Below the pieces are notes generated by a model that had not been told where the DNA came from, made no database searches, and saw only the letters and a list, made by a program, of their open reading frames with translations. The position numbers were made by a program, and so were the translations under genes. DNA of 63,867 bases, filler included. It is 10 parts of 10 records of this genome, joined end to end, with 100 filler letters (N's around TTAATTAATTAA, not from the genome) between each part and the next. Parts side by side here need not be neighbours in the genome. Positions count along the whole stretch, not along the records: positions 27,747 to 32,882 come from SRR31147125_87868; positions 32,983 to 39,014 come from SRR31147125_87978; positions 39,115 to 44,905 come from SRR31147125_88061; 7 more parts are not named here. The stretch is one strand, 5' to 3'. Below, in pieces: positions 31,008 through 41,160 of the stretch (within the stretch, counting starts at the first letter, position 1; each line of letters opens with the position of its first letter).

Positions 31008-32324
31008 ATGAAACAGAAAGTGAGACTTGGTGTTATGTGCCTGGCACGCAAAACATTTGATTATAAAGCAGCGGAAGAACTATATTCCGATATCTTGAAC
31101 GGTTTGGAAAATCTGGAAGAGGTGGAAGTCTGCGCAGTACCCGGACTGGTTATCGAACCCGAGGAGGCGCGTGCCGGAGCACTGCAGTTGGCCGGAATGG
31201 ATATTGATGGTCTGGCGGTCATCAGCGGAACATTTCACCTGGGGCATCTGGTTCTGGAAGCAGACAAAATTCTCCATAAACCGCTGCTGCTGTGGGGGCT
31301 GAATGAGCTTCCCTACAATGGCGGTAAAATCCGACTGAACTCGGTTTGCGGTGTTAACCTGAACGCATCCAACCTCTATAAGAGTGGAGTACGGAACTAC
31401 ACCGCACACATCGGGGAGACGATTGATGAAACATGGCTGGACGCCATCAGAATTGATGCAGCCATTAAACGAGCCCATATCGGCGTGCTCGGATATCGCG
31501 CGAAAGGATTTTTCAATCTTGGTGTATATGACCTGAATGTCTATGAAAAGATGGGAATACTCATCGATCATTTTGAGCTGAATCAGGTGTGGCAGTATCC
31601 CGTAACGGAAGAGGGGATTGCTAAACGAGTTGAGCAGGTTCAGGAAATTTTCGATGTCAGCGAATTGTCGGATTATCAACTGCAGAAGGTTGCCGAGCTG
31701 AGCGAAAAGCTGAATGGGTTCATGAATGAACAGGGGCTGACAGCCATGGCTATCCGGTGCTGGCCTGAGTTCGCGGCCGAATTCGGCACATCACCCTGTG
31801 CCGCTATGTCTATTCTTCAAAGTGAAGGTCTGATAATTGCCTGTGAAGGTGATGTTGAGGGAGCCATATCCATGGTAGCACATCGTGCCGTTGGTGCCGA
31901 GACACCCTATCTGTTCGATTTCTCACAGGTCAACCTGGAAGAGGATTTTGCGCTGCTGTGGCACTGTGGTGTGGCACCCTGCAACCTCTGGGACGGAAAA
32001 TGCAACAGATCGCTTTCAACTTACTTTGCCGGTGGAAAGGGTGTAACGGCTGATTTCGTGCTGAAAGACGGAAATGTTTCGGTTGTCAGATTTGACTCCG
32101 CGGGTACTGAGTATCGCGTTCTTTTGGCCTCCGGTTCAGTTATTCCCATGGAGAAAGAGCTGCGCGGTACTTATATGAAAGCACGCTTCTCAAAACATGT
32201 TTCTGAAGTTCTGCAGGCGGTTGTTGATAACGGTATTGCTCACCACGCATCGGTTGTGTATGGTGACTTTGTTGAACCATTCAAAGTCTTTGCCCGTATA
32301 AAGGGCTGGAGGGTTGTTGAATAA
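31008..32324 (+). CDS. L-fucose/L-arabinose isomerase family protein, SftI/SqvD (sulfoquinovose isomerase)-like
   Basis: RKTFD..AAE, GGKIRLNS..G.N, IRCWPEF, CEGD, WHCG, IAHH; directly upstream of a YihQ-like GH31. Confidence 0.75.
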   Translation: MKQKVRLGVMCLARKTFDYKAAEELYSDILNGLENLEEVEVCAVPGLVIEPEEARAGALQLAGMDIDGLAVISGTFHLGHLVLEADKILHKPLLLWGLNELPYNGGKIRLNSVCGVNLNASNLYKSGVRNYTAHIGETIDETWLDAIRIDAAIKRAHIGVLGYRAKGFFNLGVYDLNVYEKMGILIDHFELNQVWQYPVTEEGIAKRVEQVQEIFDVSELSDYQLQKVAELSEKLNGFMNEQGLTAMAIRCWPEFAAEFGTSPCAAMSILQSEGLIIACEGDVEGAISMVAHRAVGAETPYLFDFSQVNLEEDFALLWHCGVAPCNLWDGKCNRSLSTYFAGGKGVTADFVLKDGNVSVVRFDSAGTEYRVLLASGSVIPMEKELRGTYMKARFSKHVSEVLQAVVDNGIAHHASVVYGDFVEPFKVFARIKGWRVVE

Positions 32325-32882
32325 TGAAAGCTGAGGATGTCTCGAATCACAGCGGCCTGGAGGTTGTCCAGTCCGGGGATGAATTTCATGTTGTCGTAAA
32401 CGGCAAGATTGTAATTGACCATACTCATAAAAAACCCTGTGTGGAGATTGGCAGTGCAGAACCGCTGGTCGAATCTAAATCGGGTTTTTTTAAGATTAAA
32501 GAGGACATCTGGATCTGAAGCCGTTGATAAACTTCACGATAAAACATCAAAAGAACGGTGCATATGAGATATTATTTGATAACGTGTTAACCATAAGTCT
32601 TGCGGTTAAAGATAACGTGTTAACCATATTGCCAAAGGTGACAAAAGAGGGATTCAACAGGTTTCGCATGCATCTGCATGCCGATCCCGATGAACATGTT
32701 TTCGGGGGCGGGGAACAGCTTGGAAAGCTGGATCTGCGGGGAGCGACCCTTCCAGTCTGGCTTTCGGAACCCGGAGTAGGAAGACGGTTCGATCCATTGA
32801 CAATAGGCTTTGCCATGAAAACGGGGCATGTGCCCAGATGGTTCAACACCTACTACAGTATGCCGTGCTGGGTCAGCTCGGG
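32324..32882 (+). CDS. GH31 alpha-glycosidase, YihQ/sulfoquinovosidase-like N-terminus (frameshift near 32503; 3' truncated)
   Basis: DEHVFGGGEQLGKLDLRG..LPVWLSEPGVGR resembles YihQ EDHIYGCGEQ..FDLRG..FPLWTSEQGVGR; one added G joins the 64-aa and 136-aa ORFs. Confidence 0.75.
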
Positions 32883-32982
32883 NNNNNNNNNNNNNNNNNN
32901 NNNNNNNNNNNNNNNNNNNNNNNNNNTTAATTAATTAANNNNNNNNNNNNNNNNNNNNNNNNNNNNNNNNNNNNNNNNNNNN

Positions 32983-34570
32983 GAACCTCATAAATCTGGA
33001 AACATTTTGGATTGGATGGAATCCTCTTCAAGGTCTTCCTGAGAGTTTTGGAAATGCTACTGCGCTTACAGAAGTTCACTTAGGATTTTCTGATCTTGGA
33101 AGCTTACCAGAAAATTTTGGAAATTTAGAGAACTTAGAATGGCTGGCATTGGGGGATGCTGGTTTATTTAGTTTACCAAGTACTTTTGGAAACCTAAGTT
33201 CTCTTTCTTCTTGTTTTATTTGGGGAAATAATCTTACCGAATTACCAGAGAACTTTGGCGATCTGGAGAGCATCTTTTGGTTAACATTAGATCAAAACCA
33301 ACTATCAAGTTTACCTGAAAGCTTCGGAAACATGACCACCCTTTCTCATTTAAATTTAGAGGAAAACCAGTTAACAAGTTTACCAGAAAGCTTTGGTGGA
33401 TTAGTTGAATTAGATAGTTTGTATTTGGCACAAAATCAGTTAACGAGTTTGCCAGAGAGCTTTGGTGATTTAGATGATATGAGCTATGTGAGATTGTCTA
33501 TAAATAGTTTAAGTCAATTCCCTGCCAGTTTTACCAACCTGGCTACTATTCAAGTAATTCAAGCCGACCAAAACCAAATTACCGAACTTCCTGAAAACAT
33601 TGGAAACCTTGGAAATACACTTCTTTTATTAGGTTTAAGTGGCAATCAGATTTCAGAAATACCTTCCTCTATTGGCGAATTGGATGAATTATACGAATTA
33701 TATATGTCCAATAATCAGTTGGAATCTTTACCAGAAGAAATAGGCGATTTAGAAACACTTCAGATTCTTGCTTTGGATAATAATTCCATATTAGAACTAC
33801 CTGCTTCTATTTCCAATATTTCAAATTTAGGATATTTAGGAATCATGGATAATGAATTAGAAATGCTTCCAGAGAATTTTGGCGATTTACCAGCAGATAC
33901 ACTTCTAATGACTGGAAACAATTTGCTTAAACTTCCTGAATCTATGTGGGATCGCTCCTATGATTATTTATGGGTAGATATGAATAACCTTCAATTCGGA
34001 AGTTTAGAAGCATTAAATGGAAATGTGAATTACGAATTCAAATATAACGATCAGGATAAATTTGGCAACGATACCTTGGTAGATGTACCTCAAGGATCTG
34101 TTTTTGAATATTCTTTCGATGTTACAGGCGACTTTAATACCTATCAATGGTATAAAGATGGAACTGCCATTGACGACCAAACTTCAAACACTATTGAAAT
34201 CGAAAATATAGGTGCAGATGATTTGGGAATCTATACCCTTAGAGTAAACAATACAGTCATCAGCGATTTACAAATAAGAAGTAGAGATGTAGAGATTAAT
34301 CTAATCACAGGCTTAAACGATAGAGAAAATTTAAGTATTAGTTTTTATCCAAATCCAGTAACATCCTCTTATGTGGAACTTCAACTGAATTCAGATTTCG
34401 AGCAAGGTGTTTTTGAACTATATACCACCTCAGGACAAAGGGTATTACATCAAACAATCAATCAAAACACCAGCCAAATAGAGGTGGGGCATTTACAAAA
34501 AGGAATGTATTTAGCTGTGATAAATAATCAAGAAGGGCAACAAAAAACCAAAAAACTAGTGATCCAATAA
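32983..34570 (+). CDS. Leucine-rich-repeat protein with Ig-like domain and T9SS C-terminal sorting domain (5' partial)
   Basis: About 14 23-aa LRRs (N.L..LPESFG.L), YQWYKDG Ig motif, FYPNP...KGMY...TKKLVIQ; frame is open to the contig edge. Confidence 0.9.
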
Positions 34571-34598
34571 AACCAACAACATAAAATTTGAATGAACC

Positions 34599-34638
34599 TA
34601 TAGCACCTATCTAAGAGAAATCTTATTTAGGTGCTATA
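34599..34638 (+). terminator. Stem-loop downstream of the LRR gene
   Basis: TATAGCACCTA..TAAGA-GAAA-TCTTA..TAGGTGCTATA. Confidence 0.6.
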
Positions 34639-34780
34639 CACTTAATATCAACCAATTAATAATCTTTGTAAAACATTTGTTACCAATCCTATAGTTCAAA
34701 ATCATAAATACTATACAACTTTGTAGTATCTTTGGATTTCTATAATGCCAATATTAAAACCTAATTTAATTACAACGACT

Positions 34781-36244
34781 ATGAAAAATTTAATGACCTT
34801 TTTATTTTCTATTATTTTACTAAGTTCAACCGCCTTTGCTCAATCCTGGGAAGAACTAAATAGCTCTACCGATTATATCTTATTCGATATGAGTTTTCCA
34901 CCCGGACAAAATCAAGTGGGCTATGCAGCCGGAATGCAATATACCTGGGATGCTGAAGGAGTAATGGTGAAAACCACCGACGGAGGCGACACCTGGACAC
35001 AAATAGTTTCTGGAGCCAGTACTATTGGTTTCGAAGCCATCTGTTTTACATCGCCCGAAGTGGGTTATGTTGCTGGTTGGGATGGCTATTTTGCCAAAAC
35101 CACCGATGGCGGAACTACTTGGCAAACCATGACTGCGGGTTTCGATAATTGGTTTTTTATGGATATCGAATTCTTTGATGCAGAAAATGGCGTTGCTTTG
35201 GCCAACCTCAATTCTGGTTCTTCTGGTATTTATGTAACCAACGATGCTGGCCAAACTTGGAGTTCTGCAACAGGTATTACGCATAATGTACAAGATTTGG
35301 CCTATGCCGATGCCAACACTGTTTATGCAGTTGGAGGAGACGAAAAAATATCTAAATCTACCGATGGAGGAAACTCCTGGAACCAAATCTATTCGGGTAC
35401 TTTCCAACGCTTTTTTATGGGCTGCGATTTTAATGGCGATTTTGGTGTTGTTGGAGGAGAGGATGGAAAAATATTCTCTACTAACGATGGTGGCTTAACT
35501 TGGAATACCTATGCAACTGGCTATCACAACTTCCAGGGCGTTCATGTTTTCGATGCCGACAGCGCCTATATTGGTGGAACCGACGAAGACACCTACAAAA
35601 CAACAGATTGGGGAGCAAACTGGGAATTAGACGAAAACGGTGCCGGCTCCTCACATATTTATAAAGTTAAATTCACCAGCGATGGAACCGGATTCCTTTG
35701 TGGTTCGCAAGGAATGATCAAAAGAAAAGAAGCAGCTGTTATTCCTTTACAGGCAAATTTTAGTGCCGCCGAAACAGATATTTGCGATGGCGAAGAAGTT
35801 GATTTTAGCGATATGTCAACCGGAAATGTTTTAAGCTGGTCCTGGGCATTCGAAGGAGGCTATCCTTCAGATTCACAAGAAGAAAATCCAACGATATATT
35901 ATGCCGATGCAGGTACCTATGATGTTACGCTTACCGTAACTGACGAAAATGGAGAAAGCAGCCTAACCATGGAAGATTATATTGTTGTTCATAATTGCAC
36001 CGGAGTAAATGGGACTTCAGCAAATGCCATAAGTTTCTATCCAAACCCGGCACAAGATATCTTATACATTCAAGGACTTGATAAAGAAAGCCTCATAAAG
36101 ATAGTAGACATCAGCGGTAAACTCGTTTATACAGGAACCTATAATTCTTCCATCAATATCAGTCAATTAGCAGAAGGAAGCTATTTTGTACAAATAGAAA
36201 CCAATGAGGAGCTTATCAAACAAAAGTTTTTAATCCAGAGGTAA
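34781..36244 (+). CDS. YCF48/BNR-repeat beta-propeller protein with PKD domain and T9SS CTD
   Basis: Signal peptide, repeated KTTDGG.TW Asp-boxes, WSWAFEGG.P / YDVTLTV PKD, FYPNPA CTD. Confidence 0.9.
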   Translation: MKNLMTFLFSIILLSSTAFAQSWEELNSSTDYILFDMSFPPGQNQVGYAAGMQYTWDAEGVMVKTTDGGDTWTQIVSGASTIGFEAICFTSPEVGYVAGWDGYFAKTTDGGTTWQTMTAGFDNWFFMDIEFFDAENGVALANLNSGSSGIYVTNDAGQTWSSATGITHNVQDLAYADANTVYAVGGDEKISKSTDGGNSWNQIYSGTFQRFFMGCDFNGDFGVVGGEDGKIFSTNDGGLTWNTYATGYHNFQGVHVFDADSAYIGGTDEDTYKTTDWGANWELDENGAGSSHIYKVKFTSDGTGFLCGSQGMIKRKEAAVIPLQANFSAAETDICDGEEVDFSDMSTGNVLSWSWAFEGGYPSDSQEENPTIYYADAGTYDVTLTVTDENGESSLTMEDYIVVHNCTGVNGTSANAISFYPNPAQDILYIQGLDKESLIKIVDISGKLVYTGTYNSSINISQLAEGSYFVQIETNEELIKQKFLIQR

Positions 36245-36374
36245 AAGGAAGGGGTTTACTGAAGCTTTACTTTTTTATCGTAGGTTCATATATGGTAAAA
36301 TCAGATTTCTCACCTCGCCTACCTACCGGCAAGGCTAGTTTGCCTATATGACAGAAACTTATAAGTTTTGAGAG

Positions 36375-36429
36375 AGCAGAGAGAGTTGGTTTGCGCTTTC
36401 TGCGCAAACCAACTCTCTCTGCTTCTTTT
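36375..36429 (+). terminator. Perfect 22-bp inverted repeat with T-tail
   Basis: AGCAGAGAGAGTTGGTTTGCGC-TTTCT-GCGCAAACCAACTCTCTCTGCT followed by TCTTTT. Confidence 0.7.
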
Positions 36430-36588
36430 GTCAACCCGTATGCCAGTCATTCCGGAGCAAAGCAAGGAATCTCTTTTAATTAACTTGACACAAATAATTC
36501 TAAACATGTAAATATTACCGAGTTTTGCTTGATCCCAACTTGAAAATGAAATTACCCGCCATAAGTTATGGGCTATATTTAGTAATAG

Positions 36589-36618
36589 TTTGGAGTACAA
36601 TTTTTAACCCTATCTTTG
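36589..36618 (+). promoter_or_regulatory. Bacteroidota-type promoter (-33 TTTG / -7 TAnnTTTG)
   Basis: TTTG at about 36589 and TATCTTTG at 36611-36618, immediately before ATG 36623. Confidence 0.55.
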
Positions 36619-36622
36619 TTCC

Positions 36623-36949
36623 ATGTTAAAATCCAAATGGAAAATCATTCTGGGAATTAGCTTCCTAATTATTGGTATTGTCTTGAAACTACATACCGAA
36701 TTCCAAACCCTGGCAATTGTTTTAATGATTGTTGGAGGACTGTTAAAGCTGATCAATTTAATTCAGATTCTCAGAGAAAAAACCTATAAAGCAGGTTGGG
36801 AAATAGCCATACTCATTCTTGGATTGTCTCTTTTCTTCTTTGGCCTATATGTTTGTCAGATTGAGAATTATGCCCGCCTTTTCATCATTTTTGGATTATT
36901 ACTAAAACTCACTTTTGTAGTTTTATTTGTTAGAAAACTCAAGAAATAA
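36623..36949 (+). CDS. Small 4-TM membrane protein
   Basis: 108 aa, four hydrophobic segments, 5 bp upstream of the radical SAM gene. Confidence 0.75.
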   Translation: MLKSKWKIILGISFLIIGIVLKLHTEFQTLAIVLMIVGGLLKLINLIQILREKTYKAGWEIAILILGLSLFFFGLYVCQIENYARLFIIFGLLLKLTFVVLFVRKLKK

Positions 36950-36954
36950 ATTCC

Positions 36955-38778
36955 GTGATACTACTCAATTGCTTGCCCCCAACCGATATTTATAGTCCGT
37001 CTATTTCATTGTCGATTTTAAAATCTATGATGGAAAATCATGGGGTAGAAACACAAATAAAGTATTGGAATTTTAAGGGGTCGGTGATGTCGGAATATAC
37101 CGATAGCGAGGATACAGAAATTAGATTGATCCCTTATCTTTCGCTCATCAACGATGCATACAACAACAAAACAGGAAACCAAAGAATCCTCTCCTTACTT
37201 CAAAAGATAGATCCCTCACATAAAGCTATTAACAAGCATTATTATACCGAGTTTTTAGAGGAGAAAAAGCAGGAAATCAATCAGCTGATGGAGGAGGAAC
37301 TTTCCAAAATAAAGTTCGAAGAAATAGAGCTCATGGGGATTTCGGCCAAATACAACCAATGGATTCCGGGAATGATCCTGGCCGAAAAAGTAAAAATAAG
37401 AGCGCCACAAGTTAAAATAGTTTTGGGTGGTTTTGGCAGTGCCGATAGTGCCGAAGAAGCCATCAAACTCTGCCCCCATTTCGATTTTTGCACTTGGGGA
37501 GAAGGAGAATATCCATTATTGCTTTTGCATGATGAGTTACAAAAAGAAAAGCAGGAATTCGCTGCTCTTCCACGACTATGGTATCGATCAGAGGGAGCAC
37601 TACTTAAATCCAATACCAACAAAAGCGACTATCTCGATTTTCAGAATTATATCTATCCCAATTACGATGATTATGTGGAGCAATTTCCAGAGCATGAAAA
37701 TCAGGAGCTGATCAATATTCCCATCAATACCATCAGGGCTTGCCATTGGGGCAAATGCCAGTTTTGCGATTTCAATAAGGGTTATCAACTCCGAAGCAGA
37801 AGCCCGGAATGCATAGTGAAAGAAATAGCCGAAATCTACCAGAAATACCAATACACCACTTTCTCATTTGTAGATAGCGATACCTTTGGAGGAAAAGAAC
37901 ATTTCGAGGAATTACTCGACCGACTCATCCAACTAAAAATAGAGCAAGCAGAAGATTTTGAATTTTGGGCCGAAATGATTCCCAACTCCCAATTTGATGC
38001 AGCGCTCATGGAAAAAATGGCTGTGGCTGGTTTCAGGAATCTATTTATAGGATACGATGCTTTATGCGATAGCCTCCTCCAAAAAATGCGTAAGAGCAAT
38101 AGTTTTGCCGACAATATCTTCTTTGTAAAAGAATCCATTAAAAACGGAATTTATCCGGTGGTGAATGTAATCAAACATGTTCCCGGCGAAACAGAGGAGG
38201 ATGTTCAGGAAAGTATCAACAACCTACATTATCTCCGGTTTTTCTATAATAATCCTCAAGTAGATTTCTCTCATTTGTATGTGAGTTTGGTTTTATCATC
38301 CATGACCAAATACTATAAAGCTATGCCCGGTGAGGAGCTTCAAAAATACAATGTAGATCTATTAGCCAATATGCTACCAGAGGAATTATGGAAGCACGAA
38401 AACAGATTTAGACTGTTCCGCTTCGAGCGAAATGTTCCTTCTAATCTGCAGCAATGGAAAAACCTTCAGGAAATAGAAGCCTATTATAAATCCCACACAT
38501 TCACCTATAAAATGCTCCAAAACAGAGGCGTCTATTATTATTCAGAATTCTGCAATGGAGAAGAAATAGCCAGTTTGGTTTTCGAAGACCCTTTATATGC
38601 CCAAATCCTCAAATTATCATCTACAAAAGTCCATTCACTTCAAGATTTAATAAGTCAACTTCATACAACTGAACATCAACTAAAACAAATCCTCCAACAT
38701 CTCCAGGAATCTTATTTAATTTATGCCAATCAGGATTTTAGCGAGGTGGTTTCTTTGGTGGTGGTTGGTTCAATTTGA
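36955..38778 (+). CDS. Cobalamin-binding (class B) radical SAM protein, RiPP-maturase-like
   Basis: N-terminal PSISLSILKS, IVLGG, GEGE B12 domain; RACHWGKCQFCDFN cluster motif; FVDSD. Confidence 0.85.
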   Translation: MILLNCLPPTDIYSPSISLSILKSMMENHGVETQIKYWNFKGSVMSEYTDSEDTEIRLIPYLSLINDAYNNKTGNQRILSLLQKIDPSHKAINKHYYTEFLEEKKQEINQLMEEELSKIKFEEIELMGISAKYNQWIPGMILAEKVKIRAPQVKIVLGGFGSADSAEEAIKLCPHFDFCTWGEGEYPLLLLHDELQKEKQEFAALPRLWYRSEGALLKSNTNKSDYLDFQNYIYPNYDDYVEQFPEHENQELINIPINTIRACHWGKCQFCDFNKGYQLRSRSPECIVKEIAEIYQKYQYTTFSFVDSDTFGGKEHFEELLDRLIQLKIEQAEDFEFWAEMIPNSQFDAALMEKMAVAGFRNLFIGYDALCDSLLQKMRKSNSFADNIFFVKESIKNGIYPVVNVIKHVPGETEEDVQESINNLHYLRFFYNNPQVDFSHLYVSLVLSSMTKYYKAMPGEELQKYNVDLLANMLPEELWKHENRFRLFRFERNVPSNLQQWKNLQEIEAYYKSHTFTYKMLQNRGVYYYSEFCNGEEIASLVFEDPLYAQILKLSSTKVHSLQDLISQLHTTEHQLKQILQHLQESYLIYANQDFSEVVSLVVVGSI

Positions 38779-38945
38779 CTCAAAATTGATGTATAACCTA
38801 CTATAATTCCTTTTTCAGGAGATTGATATCCAAGAAAAATAGGTTTTTCTTGAGAAAAATGAGCGCAAATTAACATAATGTAAAAAAAGTAGGCGCAAAT
38901 CCAAAAGATGTTCCTTAGATCAAAAAATTTGAAATCAATAAATCT

Positions 38946-39014
38946 TTAAAAACCAGATATATCAATTGATAGCAAATATGCATCAGAACCAGTGATATAA
39001 ACATCGATGTTTTT
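38946..39014 (-). pseudogene. Truncated AAA_14-type ATPase remnant
   Basis: Minus frame KNIDVYITGSDAYLLSIDISGF* resembles the AAA_14 motif D.YITGSNA.LLS.E...L.GR but stops prematurely. Confidence 0.45.
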
Positions 39015-39114
39015 NNNNNNNNNNNNNNNNNNNNNNNNNNNNNNNNNNNNNNNNNNNNTTAATTAATTAANNNNNNNNNNNNNNNNNNNNNNNNNNNNNN
39101 NNNNNNNNNNNNNN

Positions 39115-39216
39115 GGGGTTCCGGTTAATGGTAAATCCGCCGATGGACAGGTGGCATCCGTCCTTGACATAGGTGGATATGGCATCTGACAATTTCATGA
39201 TTTTATTATTCTGCAT
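39115..39216 (-). CDS. Family I CoA-transferase subunit A, glutaconate CoA-transferase (GctA)-like (N-terminal fragment; absent from ORF track)
   Basis: MQNNKIMKLSDAISTYVKDGCHLSIGGFTINRNP resembles the GctA N-terminus (KVMTLKDAIAKYV..GD.I.LGGFT..R.P); RBS AAGGAGG. Confidence 0.75.
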
Positions 39217-39229
39217 ACATCCCTCCTTC

Positions 39230-40552
39230 CTACATCCCGAAAAAGCCGGGAAGCCAGAGCACGATTTCCGGAAAGGCCATGATAATGGCCAGGCAGAGGG
39301 TCTGGAGCCCGATAAAGGGCCAGACCGACCTGTAGATGTCGCCCATGGAAATATTGGGCGGCACCACCCCTTTCATGTAAAACAGGACAAAGCCGAAGGG
39401 CGGGGTCAGGTAGGCCATCTGCATGTTCACGATAAAAAGGATGCCGAACCAGAGGGGATCGAAGCCCAGAAGGGTGGTCAGGGGGACATAAATGGGCACG
39501 GTGATCATGATGATGGGCAGATCGTCCATGACCATGCCCAGCAGAAAAAAGCTGATCTGCATGGCAATGAGCACGGCCCAGCGGTTCAGGCCGATGGCAT
39601 CGATCAGGTCCTTGAGCAGCATGGGAAGCCCTAAGGTATTGACCACGGCGGAAAAGGCCAGGCATCCGATGATGATCCAGAGGACCATGGAGGTGAGAAA
39701 AGCGCTTTTTTCAGCCGCCTCCCGTATCACGGCCAGGGATCTGTTAAAGGATCTGGCCCGGTATATCACAATGATCATGGCCACCACAGCACCCACGGCC
39801 GCGGCCTCTGTGGGGGTGGCAAGCCCTGAAAATATGGTGCCCATGATGGAGAAAATCAGAATAAAGGGCATGGCCAGGTTCTTGACCGAGGCCATTTTTT
39901 CACCCCAGGTGGCCCGCTCTTCCACGGGGATGGGCGGGGCCAGTTTGGGGTTTTTCAGGCTGCGGATCAGGATATAGCCCATGAACAGCGTTGCCAGGAG
40001 CAGGCCCGGAATGATGCCGGCCAGAAACATCTTGCCGATGGAAAGGTTGGACAGGGAGGCATAGACGATCATGGTCACGCTGGGGGGGATAAGAAAGCCC
40101 AGGGCCCCGCCCCCTGAGATGCAGCCGATGGCAAGGGATGATTTATACCCCCGCTTGAGCATGGCAGGCAAAGCAATCAGCCCCATGGTCACCGTTGCCG
40201 CCCCCACAATCCCCACCATGGCGGCAAATATTACGCAGATGAAGACCGTACCGATGGCAAGCCCTCCGGGAATGGGCCCCAGCCATCTGTAAATCATCTC
40301 GAAAATTTCATCTGCAATACCGGACTTTTCCAGGATGCAGCCGATAAAGATAAAAAGGGGAATGGCCAGCAGAATGATACTGGTCATGTTCTCCATAATG
40401 GAGGGGGGCAGCATCTGCAGGAATCTTGGGCCGTTGATGAGGTAAAGGGAGACAATGCCCACACTGCCCAGGGTAATGGCCACAGGCGTCTTCAGGATAA
40501 AGAGGATGATCACGGCCAGAAACATGAAAACAACGATGAGAGCGGGGTTCAT
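39230..40552 (-). CDS. dctM: TRAP transporter large permease
   Basis: LLAIPLFIF, GGALGFLIPPS, GLATPTEAAA, LTPPFG. Confidence 0.93.
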   Translation of the reverse strand: MNPALIVVFMFLAVIILFILKTPVAITLGSVGIVSLYLINGPRFLQMLPPSIMENMTSIILLAIPLFIFIGCILEKSGIADEIFEMIYRWLGPIPGGLAIGTVFICVIFAAMVGIVGAATVTMGLIALPAMLKRGYKSSLAIGCISGGGALGFLIPPSVTMIVYASLSNLSIGKMFLAGIIPGLLLATLFMGYILIRSLKNPKLAPPIPVEERATWGEKMASVKNLAMPFILIFSIMGTIFSGLATPTEAAAVGAVVAMIIVIYRARSFNRSLAVIREAAEKSAFLTSMVLWIIIGCLAFSAVVNTLGLPMLLKDLIDAIGLNRWAVLIAMQISFFLLGMVMDDLPIIMITVPIYVPLTTLLGFDPLWFGILFIVNMQMAYLTPPFGFVLFYMKGVVPPNISMGDIYRSVWPFIGLQTLCLAIIMAFPEIVLWLPGFFGM

Positions 40553-41049
40553 TGGGCCCTCCTTTGTGAGAATGCCTGGATGGTCCTGAGAATGTCCGCC
40601 AGAATCTGGAGGATAAAGAAAAAAGCGCCTGCCGGGAGCATACTCTTGACCGGCCAGAGGGGCGGACCGAAAAGGGTATGGGAATGCTGGCCCGTGGCAA
40701 AGGCGTGCCAGGCGAATTTATATCCCTGCCAAAATAAAACGCAGAACATGAACAGGGCGATCAGGGAAACCAGAAGGTCGGCCATGCGCTGGAAGGTCTC
40801 CGGAAAAAACTGGTAAATCATGTCCACAGCCACATGGCCCTTTTCCAGCAGAACCCATCCCCCGGTCAGGGCGATATAGGCGGCAAAGACATAGCCGCAG
40901 ATTTCGTGAACCCAGATGGTGGGGCTTTCAAAAAAATACCGGGCAATGACTTCGTATACCATGAGAAACATGAAGGCGAAGATCAGGTAGCAGGAGGCCT
41001 TCCCCACCCTGAGGTTGATCTTTTCGATGATGCGGATAACGGTTTCCAT
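40549..41049 (-). CDS. dctQ: TRAP transporter small permease
   Basis: YEVIARYFF..PTIWVHE, HVAVD, P.WP; four TM helices. Confidence 0.9.
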   Translation of the reverse strand: METVIRIIEKINLRVGKASCYLIFAFMFLMVYEVIARYFFESPTIWVHEICGYVFAAYIALTGGWVLLEKGHVAVDMIYQFFPETFQRMADLLVSLIALFMFCVLFWQGYKFAWHAFATGQHSHTLFGPPLWPVKSMLPAGAFFFILQILADILRTIQAFSQRRAQ

Positions 41050-41160
41050 TATTTCGATCCTATATCAATGGTCCAAAATCTATGGGTGTTTACCTGCTGC
41101 CCGGGCGGCAGCAATGAACAAGGCTCCCCGGCCCCTGGGACCGGGGAGAGAACGCAGCAG

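Noticed and set aside
32516-32518. TGA in the GH31 gene as selenocysteine or readthrough
   Set aside because: The downstream ORF is in a different frame; a one-base deletion explains it.
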